Source: Lingula anatina (Eukaryota > Animalia > Brachiopoda). Taken from it: DNA of 64,000 nt. A program made the translations under genes and the position numbers. Below are positions 40,458-53,400 of the stretch, one piece after another. How positions within the stretch are numbered: position 1 is the first letter of the stretch; every line of letters begins with the position of its first letter. The notes beneath the pieces are model-generated. The model saw nothing but the letters and a program-made list of their open reading frames with translations. It searched no databases and had not been told where the DNA came from. The stretch covers positions 31,329,967-31,393,966 of the forward strand of contig CM120640.1 in the NCBI GenBank assembly GCA_051362555.1, in the 5' to 3' direction.

Positions 40458-41434
40458 GTTGGTGATTTTTCTTCTACGGTTTGTTACACACTGTCAAAAA
40501 GTAACAGTGACTTAATTCGTTTATGTTCGACAGATACAAATAAATTTCCATTTCATTGTATTCGATAAACTATGTGTATCGAGAGTAAACATATATACAA
40601 ATAGGAAAACTATTTGCATTTGCTCTTTTAAAAAAATACAACATAGGCCTATAACAGAGTGGAGGAGGAAAGAGGTAATAAGAAGACAAGCAAAGAAAAG
40701 ATAGGAGGCAAAGAGGGTATCACTATATATTGAAGAATCCATTACCTTCTGGTGAATGGGTTATGAAACTGTTATCGGTAAAGGATTAATAAATAACTGA
40801 AGGGCAAAATCTGCCCACTCAGGTGTGAAAATCACCCCGGTGATTCCAATACACAGACATACCTTAACAGATGTTGAAACATATCATACAGATTATCAAA
40901 GCAGGCTCTTTTTTCTAAATGTGTTGATATGGCGTGGAGTGCTGTACTAGAAACAAATGTGATTAAATAACGGTACGAGCAAGCGTGCGCGATTGTACTG
41001 AATCAACATTCCACATTGCGGTAACGCTGATACAGAGGTGATTGTGCACCGTTTTCCCCTAAGTAATATTCCCATTTGCCTAATCATTTGAATTCAGTTT
41101 ATTTTTCATAATGTAATGTTGACTATTTTTTTAATCTTTAAGTATTTGACAGGCCAGCCGTCGACCATTTAACCGAACATTTAGGGTAGACAAAATCGTT
41201 AGATTCATTGTATTGACCCTAATAGTCAATGTGGCGAGTCTGTTGGCCAATAAAATTAAACTACCGCACCGCAACGTGCCTAAACGACAATCTTATACAA
41301 TGATTAGATTTAGCTGCCTTTCCTAGTTGCACGAATCGTTGTAAAAGAGAGGTTTACGTTTACAAAATTCAGTTAGTTTGCCACAGACGTAACGATCAAT
41401 GGATTAAACCGTGTCTGTTTTATTTCAGATTGAC

Positions 41435-41515
41435 ATGCAGTTAGAACAAATAACGACAGTATTTTCCTTGGTGCTGCTACTGTGCGCAGGTTTGGCACGA
41501 GCCATGTCACTGAAG
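41435..41515 (+). CDS. ImpL2: Imp-L2-like exon: signal peptide
   Basis: tttcag acceptor at 41428, GAC-ATG, hydrophobic core + A-R-A cleavage motif, GTGAGT donor. Confidence 0.85.
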
Positions 41516-44500
41516 GTGAGTTCCTCAAGCGGATACATACAGTAAACATTTACGTACAGAAAGCAAACACGTAGGCCCATATTTTCTGGAAGAACTAACT
41601 GTGAAGAACAAATTTCAATAATTCACACTCATGATTCCATCGTCTACCCGCTGCTTTTGTAACCGTTTCGTCATTATGTACTACTCCCTAATATACATGG
41701 GGATAAAGTGCCAATTCAGAAACTGACAATGGACAAATGCAGAAACACAATAACGCAATTTTCCCTGAATGACAGAGCTGACCCAATCCCTATTGGACTT
41801 GTGGAATTCAACTTTCACCTATAAATGAAAGATAATCTCATAAAAAGTCAGTTCAAATTAACGCTTGATCTACCTTAGCGAGTAACTAATGTCGTCACAC
41901 ACTCTTTGGGAATAAACTATGATCGCCTATATCGCTTGGCGGTAGGCCTATCTCAACCTTCAAGTGCATATACGAACAAATATTCTATTCGACAAATACA
42001 CCATAACTGACCTTTTGGCTATAATCATGGCAAATTGCGCTAGTTCCTCAAAATTTGTTTAAAATTCTCATCTGTGTCATTTTGCCAACATATTGGTTAC
42101 TAAATGATGGACAGTATTTTTAAAATTTCATACTGGAATAGATCTTTTCAGTGTTTTTATGTCTTACAAAATGCCGCATCCGAGGTCTATTTTATGGTCG
42201 AGTGCTGTTTTGGGTCCGTGACTGGTCGGTGCTTAAACCAAATGATAAAAAAACCTTAATATACAGGGGCGGATCCAGAAATATTTCCTGACAGTCTTCC
42301 ATATTATATTTGGTTATCCATTTTCCATTTTTGACCGTCTTCCGACAGAAAAAATTAGATACCCTTCAATGTAAACTAGAAAATCTGACCGTCTTCCGGA
42401 AGACCCAGAAGACGGCCTAAATCCGCCCCTGATATAGGCATTGGCAATGTGGGACCTTTATTACACCTACGTCTGAGGGTCTAGTGGTCTACGTCGCCAC
42501 TGGTGTCATTGCGTCAGAATTTACAGCGTAAAACCAGTTGTTTAAGTAATAGCGCGAGGACAATGGAAAAGGCCGCGCCTACTTCCGTCGCGAATACAAA
42601 GTGAAAAGGCACGCTGATTAGCAGTTATTAGATAAGGGACGAAGTTGGGCAATAGATCGGAAATTATATAAACTGTAACAGTGAAAATATAGTATTTTCG
42701 ATGCTTTCATAAGTAGGAATGTTCTGTGTGCCTAAAGATAACTTTTTTGTCATTACAGAACAAAAATGTAAAATATTAGTTTCATTATTATTTTAAAGAA
42801 CATTTAATTGAATACGTGCAAATTTTGGGACATTAACATTGCCCCTGCCTATCGTACCCGCTTTGGTTGATTTACAAATAAAATCACTCAAATCAATCGG
42901 GTGGTGTCTAGATGCAATCATTGATCGGTTTACAGCCAGCCATCAAAAGTAAACACTCAATAATGTGCAATAAGCATTGTCTACATGCATCATTTTGTTC
43001 AACGGTAAAAGTTGGTGGCCGTTAAGTCGAGATAATTTTTTGCTTGATCAGTAGGAGTTGACATTACGCTTGAAAGGGCAATGACCTGCTCGCAGTGGTA
43101 TTGATGATTTTTGAATAAAAAAAAAACGCAGAAAATATACGCACCATGCCCACTCAATCGTAATGCATGTATGGGATAATATACGGAAAATGGGGCTAAT
43201 AGGCATAAATGTTGAGGTGAAGGTGGGAGAAAATAAACAGAACGTAACCACGGAAGTGGGAACTTTTTGCTTTGAAGTTGAGAAACACTGCATCAGTTGA
43301 GTCAACAAAGTAACTAAAGCGATAAAACAACCTTTCAGTTTCTGTTCTCCGAGTTTCCATTGGTGTTACACACTGATCGATAGCAGACCCGGTTCTAGGT
43401 TAAACATTCATCTCAAAGCGGCAAAAAGTACTGAAACAATTTTATTATTCCGTAAATATTCCAGAGGCTCCTTTCAACTCGTAAAAGATAACAGAGAAGC
43501 GGGCAAAAAATTCGGCATTTTTCTTGAAAAAAATTTACCTCCTCGAGTCCCGACATAGTTATAACCTTGCGTGCAAAATACCGAAGTAGTATAACGTCAA
43601 AGGATCATGATTTTTCAATTTGTCTGCTTTCTGCAAGCTGTGTGTTCTCGCTCAGATCTCTAAAGCGTGCACCTTACTCCGATAAAATCAAGTTACGTTT
43701 CATAATTAGCCGCACGTGCCCGCCTCACGTCCGTACTACTCCTTTTTAAAACCTTTTCACCTATGACAAGTATTTTTTGGCAATATCCTTGTAAATACCG
43801 TACACAAACCTAAAAGATAATGTGTTTAGGATGTTGTCTGGGTTTAAATTTAGCAACCGTGGATAATAAAAGCACAGACATTGTTATTACTCAAATGCCA
43901 AGCATATTTTTCTGCGGGACTAATTGTCGTATGTACCTCCTTCTTACTCGACCAAATTTGTGTATGTACCAAATAATATTTAATTGTATTTTTTTCTCAA
44001 AACATTCAACTCGTGTGTCTCTTGAAACAGGTCTATCATTTGCAGTTTATACGTTGCAAGCTTAACTGTTACTTTGAATGACATCTTCTGGGAAACTAGC
44101 TTAGCAAATAGAGAAAATGATTACTGCACATAGATTTTCGAAAATTGTCAAGTTTTTTTGCCATGTTTTGTCATAGAATTAGTTTATATTTTCTTAATAA
44201 CGCAATACTCTCTTATACGCCAAACCAGTCTCTTTCTTTTGTGTTTTACCTGTATCCAATTCGTATTTTGCAGCGATTCGAAGATCCATACATGAAAAGA
44301 AGCAAAGCAGCATTAAAAGGTAATAAAGCATGTCAAATGCATCAGATATGAGAATGTGCCTTAAGAATCGACGCTTCCGAGTAGTTGGCGAGAAAGCGTC
44401 GTTAAGTGATAAGAGATATCTACGGTATACGCAGATCACTAAGATTAATCTTGTGTATATGATAGAGATTTAATAGCCGGTAAGATTTGCTTGGAGACTT

Positions 44501-47500
44501 CACTGCTAACCTAGCTCACTAGACATCCTTTCGGATATATATGCAAGAATATTAGACATGGTATCAACAAAAAAAAGGAAATACATTATTTGAGACTATC
44601 TTTAACCTTCATGTATAGCAAGTCTTACGCATTCATATTTGAACCAACGGGGACTGAACTTTCCACAAAGATGCACTCTCATACAAGCAGAGCTTTATTT
44701 AGATGTAAAATGAATAATATGCTAAATTATTAATACACCAAAGAACGGTAAAAAATCTCTCCAACAGTGTGGTCAAATCAAATGTCACACGAGTATGACT
44801 ATATAATGTTACCATTTGATCTTCGTGTAAATCGATGATTTCACAACGGCCGTAGCCGTCTCTGTTTACAATGCAAATATTGGAGTAAGTTGTGAGCTGG
44901 TGTCCCTGATCACATAATGTTCAGATCACATAATGCGATTTACAATACTTTGTCTTCGACCTTAAAATAAAAACACGGAAGTTATACATACCAATAAAGA
45001 CTTCCAGTAGAATTGTGAAAGTAAAGTTAAAAGTTGGCATACTTAATATTGTGTCGTCACCGATAAATTGTTTTAAAGGACTGAAAAACGGCGTTCGAAG
45101 TCTTTCCTTTATATGAATCGCACAAAAGATTTCTGTTAACGATGGTAAGGTATTGGGGTAAGAGTTTAGCAATCTCGATAAACTATTCAGCTTTACGCAG
45201 TTAAAACAATCACACGAATAACAATGCACTGCTTTTGCCATAGCAGAGCTTTGGAAATAGTAGCAAATAGTAGCAATAAGTCTTTGCAGTAAATCGACAA
45301 ATGTACTTCAATGCTCTAGGGATTACGATGTATTTTTTCCACAGATGAGAGTTAGCAGTGTTGTTCAAAACTTTCCGGGGAGGTACTTTGTTTGCGTATT
45401 TATCAAACCGCCCATACCCATGGGCTAAAATAAGCACCTTCGGTTAAGTATCTTTGCGATTAAACATACGGCGGTATTATACCTTAAACAGAGTACAGAT
45501 CTAGAAAACATTATTAAAATTAGGTTGGCATTAATCGCCTAGGATCAAGCTATGCAGATTAACAAATTCACTTAACTATCAACAACACAAAGTTGAAAAC
45601 AACCTTCAACGATAAACTCGATACTGTTAAAACATTTGACATTTTTTTCTAAATGAACGTCTATGTCATGTTTAAATATGTATCGTGACAGGCGTTCTGT
45701 TGGAAGGCACACCCGTCTTTGGGATGCAAGACAAATATATTCTGTATAAGAAATTAGTCAACGTCAAGGATACGGCAGTCACGATTTTAAGCTCGATTTG
45801 GCAAGTTTGTCATACACGAAGCAAAACTACAACCTAAAGACTACTTAATATAATGAACACTTGTCAATCACGCACTTTGAGGCATTAATCTTTATTAATA
45901 AGGCTTTGCATAAGCTCAAGGTTTTCTTAAATATAATTCTCAGTAACTTCTGTTTTTTTTTCCTTTTTATGCATAATTTTATGCCATTCACAAAACACAT
46001 TTTTAAAAAGATTTTTACTTTGATCAGATATTTTGATAACAGCTTTAGGTCTTCAGGAAAAATAAAGAAATGTAAAATATGAAAAAAGATTTTTATTTGA
46101 CATTTCAGTCTATAGAGACCTATTTTTTAAAGAAGTCATCCCTCCAGCCAGCGTAGAGGTTGGTCCAGGCAGTAGCACTGTGTTGATGTGTGAGGCCGGC
46201 GGCAACCCTCCACCAACGATACACTGGCTGCGCAATGGAGAGCGGATAAAACAGGTAACTATGAAAAGGAGTTAAATGGAGAGTGGTAGAGTTAAGGCAT
46301 ATTATTAATATACGTCAAGGCCCCAATCGAATGTTAGTCTGAAAACAGTGGTTTACTTTGACTGAGATTACATTTTACGCAGTCTGCATTAATGCCCCGT
46401 TTACAGTGTTGCGACATTTCCACGTCCTCGGCGATCACGAATTTTTTGCAATTTTCACAAGTCTCGGCTACTCTGCTCTCGTCACGAATTAGCGTTTACA
46501 CCAAACCTCAAACCCACCTCTATCTGAAACACTTACAAGTGAAACATTCTTAGAAATCATGCGACTAGCTGCTACCGCAATTTAAGCGACTTGGAATATG
46601 ACTTTATTACGACTTATGAGGACAAAATTAGGTGACTTCAGACTTGTAAGCCATTGCAACGCTATGATTCCTTTTATAGCTAGTCATTTGTCTCAAGAGC
46701 CTTTTGAACTGTCCCAGGCACTCGCAACCCTGACTAAAACATTTTGCGAAGCGAGATTCAGATTTTATACATGTACCTATACGTACAAAGGTAACGGTTG
46801 CTATTTTTAAGATAGTGCAAACCAACTGTTATCAGTTGTAAGTGTGCAAATTGGTTTTAAATGGATATGAGGTACATATATGAATACCTTCATGACAATT
46901 ACAATCCTACGTACATTTTGTATCATTCGTTGCATGGCTTAACGCTGATAAGAATAGATCGATATTGATATGATTAATTAGCAAGTGACTAGAAAGCGGA
47001 TGGTGCTAATAGATATCACATTGTTGCAACATAATCGAATAGCCTACACATTCTTATGATATGTTTGATTGAAACAGTTCTATTTTCGTTATCGCTTAAC
47101 TCATAAATAAGCGTCCACCTAGTCTCCGTAGGATCGATCACGCAGGCGACAGCTCACTTTGTGTGCTTTCCTCTGTCATTTTATCTTTTACCCATCCTCC
47201 TCCTTTCAGGTGCTCTGTTGTTTCAGAACGTTGACGGCAATGGCTCTCTATAGTTCTTTTTCTTGGCATTTCTGATTCACTCATTGGTGTTAACTTCCAC
47301 CCCTAGGCTGAGGCTGTTTGAGAAAGTTCACATCTCTTCCTCTTAAATCTCTAGTTTGCCAGTACTTGTTAGATGTTCTAGGGCATAAACAGTCCTATAA
47401 TTCCACATTGAAGGCCTGCAAAACTGCCTGAACAATACTTTGGTGAAACATTCATTTCCCCACGAACAGCAGCCACCCTTAAATGAACTTTTGTTGCACG

Positions 47501-49463
47501 AAAAATATACCCTGGCAACCGAATGTTCTTACCCGCAGCAGTCAAACACGTGTACCCCTAAATTTGTAAACAAACCGCTGCACCACTGCCCTTCTCTAGC
47601 TCCCTAGGTCACACACTGCGATACACCTGACCCGGGTCCTGGAAGAATATATTCAGTAGTTTACACTCTGCAAATTGACACCAAAATTAAACCAAGCAAC
47701 CCATTAAAAATTGGAAAAATCACTATTTTATCACAGTACATGTAGACGGGACGTTATTATTCACCCATACGTTATCGCTTTTCCCGTGGGTTTTGTAGAT
47801 TTCGAATTCAGATAACATTGAGCTGTTCTTTAACCACTGAAGCTCTCCTGAAAAACTGCCTTTTTCAGATTCAAATCGAAGTTAGCGTTTATGCCAATTT
47901 CTTTTTGAAAATAACCCATGTATTCTTTTCAGGGAATACCACACGACTCTGCTGACGAGACAACGACATACGAGCGCAACAACAGAGGCCCTGTCCAAAT
48001 CGGAAACACTAAGTCAGAGCTCGTCATCGACTGCGCCTCCCGAGCCTCTGAGGGCACGTATACCTGCGTCGCTGAGACGCCAACTAGAATTATTACCACC
48101 GATTCAGAAGTTATTTTCAGTAAGTAAATATAAACGTCTAAATTACTTGGTCGGAAATATAAATCCAAGAAAAGCAGTGTGATTTCTGTACGAATTAGCA
48201 GATTCAAAGATGATTGTTTTATGTGACAAAAAACGTGACTGTCATTGGTCATGCAACACTAGCAGATATAGTTATGATTATAATGATAACATAAATAGAA
48301 AACAAATCAATAAAAAGTGACACATGAATATTTTTGCAACATATCAGTTTTGTCTCAAGCTTAACCTGGAAGACCCAGTAATCACCTCACCATTTCATTT
48401 CTAGATGAAAAAATGCCAAGTAAAATCAGCGGCAAGTGCCTTAGCCGAGCCAAGAAACAAGGTGAATACATTTTATGAACTTCCAATAATGTGTTTGAAT
48501 TTCGTAGCCGAGAGAAAAAGCATTATTGAGTTTGCTGCTGTAGGTATTTAGAATTAGGAACAAATTCTTCAAATGCAAATTAACAAGCTTGCAACCCTTC
48601 ATTTAACTTTAAGAAGGAGGCAATTAATTCTTACTCTGAATCATCTTTTTACTTATGCAGTTGTACAGTAGGCCTTAAAACACAATTTCATAATCATTGG
48701 CCTTAAATTAAGAGGTGTGATCTTTCAGGCTCACAGGAACCCGCCAGAATCGTTATGTGGACATCCGACCGGGCAGAACTGGCGGGCGCAGACGTCCAGT
48801 TATATTGCCGAGCCACTGGGGCCCGCCCACTACATTACACGTGGTTCAAGGAGGACGGGGAAGTTATTGAGGGCAAAAGAGATGAATATGAGGTAAGGAA
48901 CGCTTTTTACCAGTAAGATCAGGTGGTCGTTTTAGTAAGATATATAGGCTATACTTTTAAGTAGGCCTATATTATATTCTTTATCTTCTCTTCTAAAGAC
49001 AATTTATCTGAATATAAAATACAATGTTTTCATTTAATAATGATCAGTAATATACATACATGACCTTTCCATGTTGTAGGTGCTACCAAACGGTGATCTG
49101 CTCATTAGAAATGTCAATTTTGAAAACCATATGGGCGGATACAAGTGTGAAGCCAAGAACGCATTCGGAAAAGACACGACGTCAGGATTGTTCTATGTAG
49201 TAAGGACCTTATTTTAGAAGATATCTTGTTAACAAAATCACAAGTAATAACTATACTGTTGTGTTCTTTTTCGTTGTTAAACAGTCATGAATCTACGATT
49301 TCAAGAACATATTTTGGGCCTAGTTCTATTAAAATTGCCCAATGTGATGCCGTTGTAATTGAAGCAATTATACTCATGAAAACCACCAGATGTTTGAATA
49401 TTACATGGAATTTTTATATTGGAAACTAATGGTTTTTCCTTTTCATTACAGTTTAGACCATAG
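41435..49463 (+). CDS. ImpL2: Secreted two-Ig-domain insulin-binding protein, Imp-L2/ZIG-like (270 aa, 8 coding exons)
   Basis: Exons 41435-41515, 44274-44319, 46109-46254, 47933-48119, 48405-48461, 48729-48892, 49080-49199, 49452-49463 join in frame (813 nt). Signal peptide MQLEQITTVFSLVLLLCAGLARA; Ig1 CEAGGNPPPTIHW...SELVIDC...GTYTC; linker Cys; Ig2 PARIVMW...VQLYC...W...GDLLIR...MGGYKCEAKNAFGKD. The extra DC + linker Cys pair is the Imp-L2/ZIG-2-4 pattern. Confidence 0.9.
42264..42431 (+). mobile_element. hAT-like MITE
   Basis: TIR CAGGGGCGGAT / ATCCGCCCCTG, internal GTCTTCC/GGAAGAC repeats, ATATA on both flanks; second copy at 19655-19809. Confidence 0.85.
44274..44319 (+). CDS. ImpL2: Imp-L2-like 46-nt exon (RFEDPYMKRSKAALK)
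   Basis: ttgcag acceptor, GTAATA donor; supplies the phase 0-to-1 shift needed between the flanking exons. Confidence 0.75.
46109..46254 (+). CDS. ImpL2: Imp-L2-like exon: Ig1 N-half
   Basis: VLMCEAGGNPPPTIHWLRNG; tttcag/GTAACT. Confidence 0.92.
47933..48119 (+). CDS. ImpL2: Imp-L2-like exon: Ig1 C-half
   Basis: SELVIDCASRASEGTYTCVAE; tttcag/GTAAGT. Confidence 0.92.
48405..48461 (+). CDS. ImpL2: Imp-L2-like exon: inter-domain linker with conserved Cys
   Basis: ttctag/GTGAAT, phase 1/1. Confidence 0.85.
48729..48892 (+). CDS. ImpL2: Imp-L2-like exon: Ig2 N-half
   Basis: PARIVMW..GADVQLYCRATG..YTWFK; tttcag/GTAAGG. Confidence 0.92.
49080..49199 (+). CDS. ImpL2: Imp-L2-like exon: Ig2 C-half
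   Basis: VLPNGDLLIR..MGGYKCEAKNAFGKD; ttgtag/GTAAGG. Confidence 0.92.
49452..49463 (+). CDS. ImpL2: Imp-L2-like terminal exon coding part (FRP*)
   Basis: CTAAT branch-like + pyrimidine tract + tacag acceptor, TAG stop. Confidence 0.7.
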   Translation, partial: FRP

Positions 49464-50419
49464 ACGCAGTAGAACGCCGTTGTGAAAATTGTTGCCCCAC
49501 TTCACTGCTACACCACCACCACCACCAGACGACAGCCGGCTGTCTACGTCATGGTTTCTTCACGCACGCGCACTGACGAAGCTATAGTTGAGTCCAACAA
49601 ACTGCTTTCAAGGCAGAGATCCGGTAGCATAAAATGGAAATAGTCATGTCAAATTTCGTGATCGAGGGAAGCTTTATATTTTCGTTGTAACACTAACTTT
49701 CCATGATATGGAGAGCACAGTTGCTGCTGTTGATATTAGCTTATTTAAAAACATTCGGTTTTATTTTCCAAAAACAGTCCAATCGTGTCTGCTAGGGGCG
49801 CTGCGTTGTGGTAAAGTTGATCAAATATTAGACATAATGATTATTTTTGTAACTTGTTATGTAAAGACGGTTTTTAAAGCATCCGTCTGTGAGACATGCT
49901 GATATATACCTTTGCATTTATTGATTGTACAGGGCGTCATGTGGTAACATTGCCAGTATACAGGCTACTTATTTATTATTTATTAAAAAAATCATGTCAT
50001 ACATGTTACTTATTTTCATATCTTACATAAAAAGTGCCCAGTTACTAGCGTCTTATTTTGAATTAATGAGCCTCCGTCAATCCATGTTTTACTACTTTGG
50101 AGTAACGGTTCTCCTAATAGCTTTAGGAGGCGCAAGAAACTGGGACGTAGAGAGTTATTTATTTTGTATCTCCGTACGTGGTCGCATGTTAGACCAGAAG
50201 GTTTACAAAATACGACTAAAAGGGATGAAGCAATTATTACAAAACACTGATCATTCTTCTGCGAGGAACTGTTTCGAGTTAAAAAGCGTGGAATCACGTT
50301 AACATCACTTTTAATTCACATAACTTTACGGTCTTAGAGTCCATCTTCTGAAATCAATATCATAAATGTCAATTCGTTTGTCAAAATCAACTCCAGGTGT
50401 TTGCCATTCTAACAGGGGA

Positions 50420-50425
50420 AATAAA
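50420..50425 (+). terminator. Candidate polyadenylation signal of the Imp-L2-like gene
   Basis: AATAAA ~960 nt after stop, followed by T/GT-rich sequence. Confidence 0.5.
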
Positions 50426-53400
50426 ACTGATCAGTGAAGCAAATAAGAACTGAGTTCTTGTCTGTAATTTTATTTAATAATTGTTTTTTTATAAAGAGTC
50501 GTTATAAAGCATAAACTCTATCATGCAAGTATTTATGTAACATTCCTAAATTGGGGCGTTTAAGATAACAAGATGCCATGACCAAAGATAAATCTGTAAA
50601 ATTAATCTTTTTCTTTTGTCATCTGTGATTCCGTGCATGAAGCGCTTTTGACTTAGTATCCAACATAAAATGGTCGGATCTTAGTTTTGAATTGATTTTG
50701 CTTTGCGGGTATAGATACTTAAAAGTCTATTCCTCCATCTGATGTGCCCAAAACCAAAGGCGATCATATTCAACTAGCATGCTAGCCCATTATTTACTCA
50801 TCAATTTGGAAGCTAGTGCATGAGACATATCCCTGATGAATTTTCCAGAATTCTGCATACAAGGCAAACCTCCTTACTGACATTACTGACATTAGCTTTA
50901 TCATCCATCGAATCACGCGAAAAGGAAACGGTCTGGAAACATCCATCAGCGTTTAGAGGACGGTGTCATTTGATGTCAGGGAACTTATTATGTCACTTAA
51001 CGTGTATTACTCGGTATACCATATCATATTATGCACATTATCCTTGTTAACGGTCCAAAACACCTGTTAGCCATCCCTTTATTGGTTTTAATCCATCATG
51101 TTGCGTGAAAGACATCGTGCCATTAAGGACTTGATAGCAATAGCACAGCCATGTGCTATAAGACGCGGTTCATCCAAAATGATGCTAATCACGATTGCGG
51201 AATCTTCAAACAAGTTTCCATAAAACCATAAAATTCTAACTCTTTCAGATTGGTGATGAAAAGGCAAACTAAAGACTGGGTAAAACTTTGAGTAATACCA
51301 GTTAATTATTTTAAAGAATATAGTAGTTATAAATATAGTTAATTTTTTCAAGATTACTCACATATTTAGAATACAAACGTTGCTTTCCCTTATTTACAAA
51401 TTATGCATGTTGACTGCTAGTAGAACACGATTTGCTATGTTATATAGGAAGAAAACGACCTGTAAGGCATTTTAACGGGGTCTTCGCGTTGAATGAAAAG
51501 TAGTGCACCAAAGATTTGAGAACCAGTTACGGCAGTTGAACGATGCATTTGGTTAATAATCCCTAAACAATTCAATGATGTGTGATGCATTTTTAAACCA
51601 CTATTCACGCCAAGGATGTAAATATGAAAGGCAACTACTGTCACGAATAATGTTCGGTCTATCAACATGAACCATCCGCGTCACATAGTCCTTCAAGATC
51701 TTATTATCAGACTTTGGTAATGGTTTCTATGACAAGGAGACGCAGGCAACACGGAAAATGTCAGCGGCCTTTACTTTTTTCACCCACTACTACTTTCAGC
51801 AAGGGGCCTTGTGTAAATGCACGCCCCGATGGGTCCGTCCAGCTCTGAATCGTGTTAATTTGATAAGGTTCGACACCCCCCCCCCCCCAACACACACAGA
51901 GGTCATTTCCACAAAGCTGTCCCTTTTCCCTTATAGAAATTACACAGCAATTAGCGTGATTAATAATGTATATTGTTACCCACCAGAACCCTGATTACTT
52001 AGTTGTTACTTTTAAAAAATCATACCCATTTTCACCAATGCAAATGCATAAGTATGTGTCTGCGAAAAAAATCAAAACCTATACATTAATAACATCCATC
52101 TAAAAGGGACAATAAATACTCTAAATGGACTTACAATCATGTAGAGAACAAAAGGGGAATTTAAGTTTTCTTATACTTATACATATTTTTCATTTCATTC
52201 TTAGAAAAAAATACTATGAACACCGTTTTAACGCCTATTTAATTGCACCAAAAAAATACCACGTCGGTTCCAGGATATTTCTTGAAATGCCTTATCTAAT
52301 GGAACATCAAAATTAAGGGCTCATACCTACTAAAAATGCAAAACCAATCACTGGTACAAATCACATCCTTTTGTTATCCACACCAATATCTTACTTGGTT
52401 ACAGAATTACATCTTAAACAGATCACTTTCGCACACAAATTTGCAAAGCAGCTGAATAAAGGGAAGTTTGCTTTGCAACCCCACAAATGAAAATAAGTGC
52501 ACTGTCTGTTTTTATATTTATTTTTTATGCTATAACATTACGTAATTTTAATTGATTTAACATTATCTAATGCTATATAATAACTAACACTATTCTTTTA
52601 CTAGAGGGACCTTTCAATAAAAGCGGCCGCTATCGGCCATATTTCGAACACCATATTTGTGTTTGTCCTTTACTTATCCTTTCGCTTGGGTTAATGGGGA
52701 GACATAGAGGCTGAGAAAAGCGCGGGTTCCAAGCGTGCACAACTGTGTGTGGTGGATAAAGCAACAAAAAAAGGGAGTGTTTACACTTTAAGTGTCCATT
52801 TCTATTGCACCAATATCAGGATAAGTATATAATATTGCAGAAAAGAAACCGAACCCCTTCCAGACAGAGACTGGGAGGTGAGAAGCCCAGACTGTATCAG
52901 TGCCACAGATGACCAGGCATGTAATGTAAACCGCACTGAGACGCATGTGGAGTGCAGTACACAAGCAAACTTTACTTTTAACATCTGAAAACGCCGTTCA
53001 CGTAGCAAGGTTCATGTTTTTTTCGCCGCTTACATTACTTCTCCACACCACTTTTACTCTGATCAATTTCTCTCTCCAAACAATTTATTGCCAGTTTTTT
53101 AGACGAAGCCATTGGGTTCCTTACAAATTTAACACTGTTCCTTTTTGTACACCAACCTCTTGTTCATCTTTTACACCGTGGGACAGTTTACATACGTAAT
53201 AATGAGTAACTATTTTGTATTGAATGTATCCGGACTGTGATGATGCCTTTTTTAGTTACAAATATTTGGATCTCGTTTTCACATATGCGATACCAAATGA
53301 AATGTTAAAACAACACGCCACTGCGCTTGGTATGACCACAAAGTCTCCCACAGACGAGATGCATTTGTTCCTTTGGTCATGTCACTGACGTACATTCTTT

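Noticed and set aside
27000-53000. Scattered FOXO-type GTAAACA and HIF-type ACGTG sites around the Imp-L2-like gene
   Set aside because: Numbers noticed are about what base composition predicts; no clear enrichment outside the proximal promoter
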